A stretch of DNA of 64,000 nt, taken from positions 1 to 64,000 of the forward strand of contig RSEE01000065.1 in the NCBI GenBank assembly GCA_003971905.1, read 5' to 3'. The notes under the pieces were generated by a model. It did not search any database. It was not told where the DNA came from and saw only the letters and a list, made by a program, of their open reading frames with translations. The translations under genes were made by a program, and so were the position numbers. Positions 1-9,838 of the stretch are shown here, one piece after another. Each line of letters begins with the position of its first letter. Position 1 is the stretch's first letter. This DNA comes from Moniliella sp. 'wahieum'. Taxonomy: Eukaryota.

Positions 1-24
1 CCCTAACCCTAACCCTAACCCTAA
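1..24 (+). repeat. Telomeric repeat (CCCTAA)4, chromosome end
   Basis: Four perfect CCCTAA units at the very start of the window, the C-strand of TTAGGG telomeres. Confidence 0.95.
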
Positions 25-157
25 CCTAGGGGAGGGCCGAGGGTAGATAGCGAGCTACCCGAAGGGGAGAGAGTTATGCCGAGGCGATAGCTCGCTAAAA
101 TCGTCCGCTCTATGCAGCATATGCCCTCCGTTTTCGATTGGACGCCCCTTCAAGTTA

Positions 158-223
158 CACCCACCCCACCCTAACCCTCACCCCCTCACCCACCCCACCC
201 TAACCCTCACCCCCTCACCCACC
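158..223 (+). repeat. Subtelomeric 29-bp tandem repeat (~2.3 copies) containing telomere-variant units
   Basis: CACCCACCCCACCCTAACCCTCACCCCCT at 158-186 and 187-215, with a partial third copy. Confidence 0.9.
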
Positions 224-547
224 ACCATGCCTGACACACCCCCCGACACACCAAGACCAGGCGTCGCATCACAGTGAGAGTGGTAGGGGTGGATAGCTAC
301 AGCCTTGGGCTACTCAAACTAACTCACTCCCGTGGTCTTCCAGTCAAAAGTTGTCTCAACCCTGAATGGGTGGGGTGGGCATGCCCTTGTAACCCCAAAA
401 AGGAATGGGTTGGGCAGCGGCTGGCCAGTACCGAGGTGTGGCGGATCTGAGTAATGCACCCGTGACGGGATAGACCGAAGATGAGGCCAAAGCGTGTGCG
501 CATGGATGGGCAAGCAAAGGCGAGTGGGGGCACGAAAGGAAAGTGGA

Positions 548-2656
548 TTACAGTCGACGGAATTCCCAATACTGGCGGATGGCATCGGCATCGAGGTCCT
601 GAAGTTCATCCACAGTCTCCTGGGGGAGTCCCATGGATCGCATAAAGAGCACGCCCTTGTGCAGCTCGGATTTTTGCCGCTCCTCGTCCCAAGAAAGCTC
701 CTTGGCCATGATGGCCACCACACGGGGAAGCGCCGATGTGGCCGCATCCACGTCAAGGAAAGAAAGACGAGAGCGGCGTGCAAGGAAGTCGGTGGCGGTC
801 TGTGCGTACTCGTTCCTGCAGGCATAGGATACCTCAGCCTCAGTCACTGGGAAGTGGGGGTCGAGACGGGAGCGTTGAGGTCCGACTTGCCACCGTCGCA
901 GCTCGCCCGAAGCCCGGGCTTGAAGGCAGTCGGCAGTGGCCTGCTCCAAAAGCGAAAAGGCGCGGTCACCATAGTTCTGCGCCAGGTATTGGGCCACATC
1001 CGTGTCGATGTTGTAGCGCTGAATGAGGTTAACATAGAGGGTCGGGTGCCAAAGGTGAGCACCAAGAAGGCGTGTGTTCTCCGTTTGGCATGGGCCGGCC
1101 TTCTTGTCCAGTCCATACTCGCTCACAGCGCGGTCAACCGTCTGCTGTGCCATCTCGCGGTAGGTCGTCCACTTGCCGCCGGCAATGGTGAGCAAGCCCG
1201 AGGAGGAAACGTTGATCATGTGGTTGCGCACCAACGACTGGGTATCGGCCGCATCAGGGTCCTTAACCAGGGGGCGCAGGCCCTTCCATGCCGAACGCAC
1301 GTGCTCCCGGGACAGCTCGTAGCCAGGTGCAATGTACTTGCGCACCTCACCCAGAATAAAAGCAATCTCCTCTTCACTGGGAATTGGGTTCTGCTCAATC
1401 GGATCCGGATGATCGGTCGTGCCGGCAATGGTTTGACCCTGCCAAGGCAGAAAGAAGATCACACGCCCATCACTTGTACGCGCGTCCAGGAGACCTCGTC
1501 CTCGAGGGCTAAAGTAGTCGGGGAGAGTAATATGCACGCCTGATGCGGGTTGGACAATTTCCGAGGCAGAGGGAGCGTCCATTTGACGGATGGCATCAGA
1601 GAAGGGACCTGTTGCGTTGATCACACCCTTGCACTTGATGTCCCACTCCTCGCCCGAAAAGCGGTCACGCACACGCACCCCACGCACTTGGTCCTCCTTG
1701 CCTGGAACGGGCGTCTTGTGCACAGCCACCACTTCGGTGTGGTTTGCGGCTACAGCACCATGGTGAATGGCAGTCAGAGCAATCATGACGTTCATTCGAG
1801 CATCGTTCTGCTGGCCGTCGTAGTACACCACCGAGCCTGTCAAGCCATCGTCCTTGAGCAAGGGCCAGGCCTCGAGAGTAGCCTTGCGGGTCAAGACGTA
1901 GGAGCCAGACATATTCTGCGACCCAGCCAAAAGGTCATACATCTTCATACCAGCAAAGAAATAAGGAATTTGCCACCAGGTGTAAACGGGGAGCATAATT
2001 GGAAGCGGGTCGGAAAGGTAAGGTGCAATCTTGAGGAAGATACGGCGCTCATGGAGAGCCTCCCGGACCATCTTGTATTGGTCGTAGTCCAGGTTCATCA
2101 CGGCTTTCTCCAGGTAGCGCACACCTCCATGCACCAACTTGGTCGACTTGGAGCTGGTGCCAGAGGCAAAGTCGTCCCGCTCCACAAGGGCAACCTTGAG
2201 CCCACGAGTGACCGCATCGAGAAGCACGCCCGTTCCTGTCGCACCGCCACCAATGATAACGAGGTCGTACTCATCTGAGTCGTCATCCTGGACGAACGAC
2301 TTGCCCCTCTTAAGCGCATCGAGCATTTCGGCACGCGAGGGTGCACGCCAGTCAATCGGCTGGAGAAAGGAGAGGAGTCAGCGCCTGAGGGGGAAGGGGG
2401 GGGGCGTAGGGATGGGGAAACGTACCGCAGTCTCATCATGGGGGCCCTCGCGGTCATGGGGTGCGGCAAAAACAACGGCAAGCGTAGCCACAGTGCCGGC
2501 GGCGAAGAGGAGCTTGTTGACGAGCGGGTTCCCTGGTTTAGGCTGCGGACGGGGCGGGGCTGAGGAGGATGCGTAGCGGCAGGAAAAGCGGAGGGGATGG
2601 GAGGAGGGCGTGTGGGCACGTGCACGCGCAGCCTGGGCAAGTATGCGCAGCGACAT
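548..2656 (-). CDS. GUT2: Mitochondrial FAD-dependent glycerol-3-phosphate dehydrogenase
   Basis: DLVIIGGGATGTG, SGTSSKSTKLVHGGVRYLEKA and GGKWTTYR motifs. N-terminal presequence/TM exon (MSLRILAQAARAR...) starts at 2656, with an intron at ~2360-2425 (GTACGT...GCTGAC...CAG). Confidence 0.95.
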
Positions 2657-3861
2657 GGCTGACGATGGAGCGGAGAGAGCGCGGGATGGTGGTGAAGGAG
2701 GAAGAGGGAGGCCGGTGGCGTGCAGCGGCAACAACTATACGACAGCTGCTGCTGCTGGCGGCTGGCGGCTGGCTGCTGGCTCTGGTCGCCGGCTGCTGCC
2801 GGCGGCACACTTGCGTTGTCCGCATACTGCCCCCCTGCGCTGTTTCTAATACGCCGTGCGGCACCCTGGTGGCGGGAAGAAGCGGGAGGCGCATCGGCCT
2901 GCGCTGGTGTGCAGTGCATCCAGCGTGCGTCCGGGGTGCCTCGGGTGCGCCGCCTGGCTGCCCCCGTGCGCAACACAGCACACCTTCCCGCTGCCGTCCC
3001 CGCACTTCACTGAGACCACACAGCCCCCATGCCGTCGCACACGCAAACACGAGTGGGCCGCAGCCGCCACAGCAGGCACCCGAGATCTCGGCCTCCACGC
3101 TCACCGGTCACCCGTCGCCGGTCGCCGATCACCGATTACCGGGTACCGACGGCACAACCAGCACCACCATCAACATGCACCACCATCAACTTTTGGACCA
3201 GCACACCCAGCATCCGCAAAGCCATCATTCAGTACTTTGCGCTGTTGGCTCGGAGGCTGGAGGAGGATTGGCTGGCACAGATCGCTGCACGCTTCCAATG
3301 CGGTCGACCGCCTAGACCGATGCCCACAAGCGCGCAACGCCAAAAAAGGCAGCGCGGCACACCGCTCCGTGTCAATCGATCGACGATCACTGAGCTGATC
3401 AGCATAATGTTTCTCCGCATAGCTGGGTGCCCGCACCAGTACTCAGGCATTAGGCCCTAGGATGGAAGTTGCTTCCTCTTTTCACTTTGGCAGTCTGGGG
3501 TCGACAGGCATTGAAGTCCGTGTGCTGCCGGCGCGTAGCCGCCTCGGCCCGGTGGGCTAGTAGCCCGCCGCGTGAAATGCAAACACAGATGGTGTCACGT
3601 GAAGTGGTCACGTGCCCCAGCGACAGCTCTCCTACAGTGCGGTGATTTGAAGTGCAAGAAAGGAGCAATGGTGCATGTTGGGACAAGCGAGCGCCTATGA
3701 ATATGACAAGACGCGAAGACCGTATTACAAGCGAGGTGGCGGCGACGTGAAGAGCCTGGGGAGGGCACGGACCATCGACCATCGATCATCCCCACACGGC
3801 ACACAGCACGAAGAGGGAGAAGTGTGTTTATGTAGGGACGCTCAGCAGAGCGGTTACCCAA

Positions 3862-4269
3862 ACCGCGGTGGTCTAACGGCAATGATGCATCTCTTCTACA
3901 TCCTCGGGGGAAGTGAAGATGGTGTGGGCGCTAGCGTTGGGCAAAATAGGCCTTCTGATGCCCACAGCTACCGGCTCCGGTCACCAGTTCAGTTCCCAGT
4001 GCGCACAAACATCATCTTCACGTCGATGGTGGGCGTAGTGCTTACACGAGTTCCATTGATGTTTCTTGATTGGTGGATCAATATACTGGATCGCATGCTA
4101 TAATGCGCACGGTACTCGGCTTTCCGAGTGCATGTATGCGACACTGTAGCATATCATCTTTGGCACACAGCACTGGGGGCTTTCTGTCGAGTGTCCAGAG
4201 AGTACCTGCACACACACCCAGGGAAGGGAAGATAAGATTGTGATCCGGGTTCGACTCCCGGTCGCGGTA
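3862..4269 (+). tRNA. tRNA-Arg(UCU) with a 335-nt intron (exons 3862-3898 and 4234-4269)
   Basis: Acceptor ACCGCGG/TCGCGGT+A73; D-arm GTCT-AACGGCAA-TGAT; anticodon arm CATCT-CT-TCT-A|A-AGATT; T-arm CCGGG-TTCGACT-CCCGG; TTTT terminator at 4273-4276. C32 can pair with the antepenultimate intron base G4231. Confidence 0.88.
3899..4233 (+). ncRNA. Highly structured tRNA intron, candidate independent ncRNA of unknown family
   Basis: Multiple long helices found by eye (3913-3925/4009-4021; 4025-4031/4152-4158; 4092-4098/4134-4140; 4114-4119/4124-4129) and an 11-bp complementarity between 3991-4001 and 4171-4181. Confidence 0.6.
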
Positions 4270-5199
4270 TACTTTTACTGCTCATGCTGAAGGGCGTGCC
4301 GTTATGTCACGGCCCTCACGATAAACCTCACAGGTAACTCTTCTAGGCCTCTCAACCGCATCATCGCGTCTCTTAACCGATGTTGCTTCCGTGTGATTGT
4401 GTCAGTGTGTCTTTTGAGGGTCCCTTTTGGAACGTGGGATCACCAACAGTCACCCTCATCTCGCTTTTCTCTTGTGCATACTCCTCATATGGCCAATCAG
4501 CGCTGGGAAGAACCTTTTTAGGAGGTTCCGGTGGTTCTCTGATGCGCGCCGTCCCTGTACAATACTTCGTTTCTGAGGCCAGACCATGTCCTCTCCTCCT
4601 GTATTTACCCCCCGCAAACTGCTGCAATGGAAGCCGCGATGAAGAGCTTTGAGCCTAACCTCCAGCCCGTCCATAGATGTATCAAATCCATCTGCCCCCT
4701 TCCTTTCATGGCATGTTTCCTGGCAGACTCCGAACGAGATTGGAAGGCACCGAGGGAGGCGAGGGATTCAAACTGTGGCTCAGCCCGGTCCTTGGCTGCA
4801 AGCACAACCTCACGCACATTGTGAAACACTACGACACCACGTACAACACATGCTAAGGCTCGTAGACGCGGTCCTTGTCTCGTTTGCTACGATCGTTTCG
4901 CCCCGGATACCAAACAACTGCTTCTGTTTCATTTGTCTTTCCCCCGACTCCAAGAGGAAAGTACCGCAAATACGCCAACATTACTTCTAGCTGCCCGCCA
5001 CGGGCATATAAGAATGGGTGGAACCACTGTTTCATAGACTGAGAGAATGGTGAATAGCAAGATGAAGGGGCCCGGATGAAGAATCGAAAAGCAAGGCAAA
5101 AAGCATAGGACGAGTGAAACAAAGACATGAGCAGGGGTAAAATCGGTAGCCGAGGAAACGGGGTGATGAAGCCGCTGTAATGGGCACCATTGCCCGCCA

Positions 5200-6319
5200 T
5201 TACCACGCTGGAGCCCAGTTATGGTACGATGCCGGGCGAGGGTAGTCCAGTGAACCAGGGGGGGCGGCGGGGTGTGCATAGTGGTGGGGGGGGCTAGTGT
5301 AGACAGTAGGCTTCCATGGCGTGCACTCGCGATCAGGGACGAGATGAAATGAAGGCTGCTCGTTTACCCCACCACCATAGTTGCATGGAGGGACGCTTCA
5401 TGTGGGTCCGGTGGGGGAGAGTAATAGCTTGGGGCATAATGAAACGAAGCCACAGGTTGCGACACGCGTGCCTGTGGAGACGGATGGAAATGGGGGTGGG
5501 ACGAGCGGGGAGGGGCAGCGGGATGAGAGAGGGGATGCGAGTGGGGGGGGGGTAAGGGAAGGATGGGGAGCGGAGATGGTTAAGCGAGTGCCGGGTGGAC
5601 GATGGCGGGAGAATGGGTTCAGGCGGACCTGTGTCGGCATACCCGCCTTGGTGTTGAGGAGGGTATGCGGAACATGAATAGCCCCACCGCCCCCCTTGCT
5701 CCATCGGCGGGGGAAGAGGGTCGAGTGTAGGCAGTTCAGGCAGGGCGGAGATGGGTGTCGGCAGCGCCGGCTCGAGCGGAGACCCGGAGACATCAACCAC
5801 AAGCGACGGAGGGGAGTAGGAACATGGACTCGTATTGACACCAACACCAACGGTCACAGCAGGGCCGAGAGGGGCCGGAGTCGATTGAGAAATAGAAGGG
5901 GGGCACGGAGTGGGACTGTTGGATTCGACATTTGCGATGGCAGCCAGGAGCCCCGTTGGGCCATGGAGACAGCGTCCGTCGGGCAGCGGCGACGAGATGC
6001 GAGCAGGAGGGATCGCAGGTGAGGCGAGGGTTCCAGCGGAGGGTCCGCTCAGGGGACGAGGCTTGATAAGTGAACTGGGGCGGCGAGGGCGGACATGGGG
6101 TTGAGCATGGTGGGCGCGCTGACGGCGTTCACGCTGTTGCTGCTGGGCAGAGGCGAAGTAGTGGCTGGGCTGAGCGGAGAAAGGCAGATGGGAGCATGTG
6201 TCGCGCACACAGGAGATGCGACGAAGCGAGTGCAGCAACGGGCGTGGAGCGAAATGCGGCGAAGGCAGTGAGGATGAGTCTGCCATCATGGCTGGGGAGA
6301 TGGAGGCGGTGGTATGCAT
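5200..6319 (-). CDS. Hypothetical Pro/Ser-rich protein
   Basis: Long low-complexity ORF (5333-6664) with a plausible ATG near 6319, a possible short intron, and a probable frameshifted end (...SYHNWAPAW*) at ~5200. No recognisable domain. Confidence 0.35.
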
Positions 6320-9300
6320 GGTGTGGGAGCACACGCTGAGCCCCCAAGAGGCCCAAGGGCGGGTTGGGAGGCCGGCCGCCACCGATCCGTCGCAGACGCC
6401 CTGCCGAACGTCCGCAGCGGTGGGGTCGTGCGCGGGGCCAGTGTGGAGTACTCTTGCACCATCATGCGTGTCTGAGTAGATGACTCGGCACACTGTGCTT
6501 GCGCGGCGATCCGGCCTAAGGCATGGAGGCACTGAGAGTCTCGCCGCACGGCCCGCAGCACGGCACCGCAGCAACCCGGCAGAATCATCGATCAGGAACG
6601 ATCGCACTAGCAAGCACGGGGGCAGCACACCCCGGCACTGCACCGCATGGCGCCGCCATGCCACGTGCTACGGCCCCGTAAGGCGTTCGTGTGCAGGGTG
6701 CCCAGGGTGCGACTTCCGGCATGTCAGGAATGGGGCGTGGGACCAGTGTTCGCCCCCCGCCCCCCTCGGCACAAGGCGTGTGCTGCAGGGCTAACTAGCT
6801 AACTGCGCGACACCCCCCATCTGGGCAGCTGTCCCACAGTGCCTCTGTGCCACTGAGCCCAACGGGGCAACACGGGGTTACACAGTGGGCCAGTGCGGCC
6901 TCCAACGGCGCGTGCCGCCTATGGTCCTCGAAGCTCGATCCTCGATCTAGAAGGATCTAGAGCTCACCGGCCGCGCCCTCGATGGCCTGCGTCGATGCAG
7001 TGCTGGATGGCATCGAGTAATGATTGTGGTGGGGCAATGGATATTGGGTGGGACACAGGCGACTCTTGATTAAATCGCCATGCGGTCAGTGGATACACCA
7101 GAGATGGATCCTCGGCCCCACCTGTCAATCACAGCCGCCGGCGCATCCTCCAGACACAAATGCACCCCAGCCCATTGCCCACCAACCCCCGGGACGAGGC
7201 GGTATGGAAGTCATTCCGTATTCATGTCGACCCGATCATACGCTCCACGTCCAGTGTGGTCCTCCAGTGCATCAAGCCGGGCGCCGGATTTCATCAGATC
7301 TGGAAGTGATTTAACTTGGGCGGTCGTGGACGCGATCGCGCACCGAGCTGAACTTTTCCGGACCTGGGCGTCAGTTTGCAAGTCTGTCGTGCTTCTCGTT
7401 TTCGCACGCGCCTGGTTAATTCCATATCCTTCATCTACTCGGTTCCGCGTGATCTGCTCTTGCTTCTTGCCCACGAGCAACTGCTATCCATTCCCCAACC
7501 TCCTCTCGACTCCGGTCCCCCTCTCGGCAGCCCCCAACTGTATGAGGCGTCATCTACGTGTTGCCGCAGGTACTACTGTGTGGCATGGAGGAATCGCTAA
7601 GCTAATCACTTGCATGTGTACATAGCAGTGAATCAAAGGAAATGATTCTAAGGGGACAAGACAATTAAGGGCCAAAGGGAAAAATCACGGGAGGCGAGAG
7701 GGCGAGAAGAAAGTCAAGAGTAAAAAGAGACCTGAGGGAAGAAAACGATGCAAGAGACGAGATGAAAGCCGAGGCGAGGGAACGAGTCAAATCATGCGGA
7801 GGTGGAGAGAGATGGGAGATGTTGATTGCCCTGAAGAGAGATCAAGACGGAATGATACTGAAGAAGCCGTGCTGAGATTGTGGGATGTAGGATGAGAAGC
7901 CAAGAAAAGAGACGAAAGAAAAGGGGAAGTGGCTTCTATGTAGGATGCCTATAGACATTGGTTCGTGACAATTATATATGGCGACTGAACGCTGTCGGAT
8001 TCTTTGCTTTCTCCTTTGTGCCACTTTTACCGGCTTCTTGGTCTCAGCCTCATCTCGTCTATTGTCCAGGTTCCCCACATGTGGAGGTGATCGCCAACCT
8101 CACCTGTATTCCTGGTAGTCTATACAAATAAGGTGAAGTGCGCCTTCGTGTTCATTTCTCTAATACTATTGGCGATTTCTTGTGATGTGAATGGTGCCTA
8201 GTAAACTGATGATGCAAAGAGTTCAAAGACATCCTGCTAGCCTGTGTGATCCTATGCAGCTGCTCTTATTCCTGCTCAAAATAGCTCGATGGTTAAACCG
8301 TTTGCGTTTCCGACCAATAGGTGATTTCGAGCGATTCTCTTCCTGATCATTCCATCATTCCCGCCCCAAATAGTACCTTCCTCTCTCATATACATTGGAA
8401 CGGTTTGGCTGCTGATTCCACTGGAGGGTTCATTCTCCACGTGTGCAGTGAACTTATTGATGTAGGTGCCAATTAACGGGGGTTGCAATCAAAGCTTGGG
8501 TTGGCCGATTCAACGACGCCCCTCTATAGCCCAAGGAGGCCGACAAAGACAGCCATGCAGCAACCGTACAAAAGGTGAATGGAACAACACACTGAAGAGA
8601 CCACCGCCTATATAAACCCGCATCTCGGCCCCTGGTATCGCCCACGCGTTTTGAACACCGGCCACGCACTCTCCAGCAGCTACGGGCGGGAAGCGGTGAA
8701 GCTATAGGGAAGTGGGATCAGGTTCTATAGACCCGAACGCCCAGCACTTTCCCTTCCGTGAATTGCATCGACGCCTGGTGTGCTTCTTGTTGGTTTCGTC
8801 TCTTCTCCTAAAAGTTCATTCGTTCAGAGAGAAGCACGCATCCTCTCCGTACGCATCCGGCAAGGTTCCGAATAGAGTTGATTTGTTCCAGTGACCGAAC
8901 GCATTCGAGCCGTTGCCTGCATCGCCTTCAATCCCAGCCAACCTCCTAGGACCAAGGACTGCTATAGGCGTGGTGGTCACATTCCTATAATTTCCAGTGC
9001 ATACTCAACCCTTCGCCAAGCGAACCGACGCGTCGATTAAGGCCGCCTCACTTCACCTCCTGTAGTACTATAACACAGTGAGAGGCGACTCCGTTCCGCC
9101 TCTCTTCCGCTCCACCTTGTTGTGTCTCCGGACTGCATTCCCCTGATTGCATCACCACCACTTCTTCCTCTGCCTTGCTCGCCTCCCACAACGTGATGGC
9201 CCACAACCCCTTCATCTGCCAACAGGCGCCAACAAGGGGTGACTCCCCGGTGACTAATCATGGGTGGTCCGACCTCCGCCAGTAAAACAACTATTGAGTC

Positions 9301-9838
9301 CTAAAATATGGGCCGGGTCCCAGACCCAGGTCTGCTCATGAACTTCAAGTATAGAAGGAATCGACATCCATATACTCACAGATAAGGGCCCAGGAGAAAC
9401 CGAGATAGAGAAACAAGCGCATCACAGGGTAGGGATGAAACCAAGGAATAGTCTGAGCAGTGAGAGGGGGCGGGGGGGGGGCAACATCTGTACTAGCCCA
9501 AACAACATGGAGTACATGGGAGGGGGTAAAGCGATTCTGTTGGAAAGAATAAAGGTTCAATGGCGGTGCCGGGGTGGCGGGCATATACGACAAGCCCGGC
9601 CTGAGCCAAAACGGCGCCCGCATTCTTGAAATCCACAGTAATCCATCGAGCTTGAGAGAGAGGGACGCAGAAGCGGGGGGAAATGGAGCCCTAGGCAGCT
9701 TGTCGTCATGTACCCAGGACATTTTTGGCAACTCCCCGGTTTCGGCATCGGTATCTCTGCCACGCGCCACGCACAAGGAGGACAAGGTACGCAACAGGAG
9801 CCCCACCTAATGACAGCGGTAGAGCGTCGAGAGGAGGG

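Noticed and set aside
494..2278. Long antisense ORFs opposite GUT2 (and similarly opposite SPT16, MLS1, PAB1, VAC8 and RPL13)
   Set aside because: These are shadow ORFs expected from high GC3 codon bias.
3912..3958. Possible C/D snoRNA (AGTGAAGA ... CTGA) in the tRNA intron
   Set aside because: The C box is imperfect, the span is only ~47 nt, and the C-like box is buried in a 13-bp helix. Not supportable without a target search.
3675..4103. 142-aa + strand ORF
   Set aside because: It overlaps the tRNA 5' half and intron and has no protein-like motifs.
3899..4233. tRNA intron as telomerase RNA, SRP RNA, U3/U-snRNA, group I intron or hammerhead ribozyme
   Set aside because: There is no CUAACCC template, no SRP helix-8 GNRA/AGCAG motif, no U3 boxes or Sm site, no recognisable group I core (the intron ends in U, not omega-G), and no CUGAUGA/GAAA core.
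6700..9800. Gene or transposon remnant in the gene-poor stretch
   Set aside because: Only short ORFs without domains, and no terminal repeats or transposase/RT motifs were seen.
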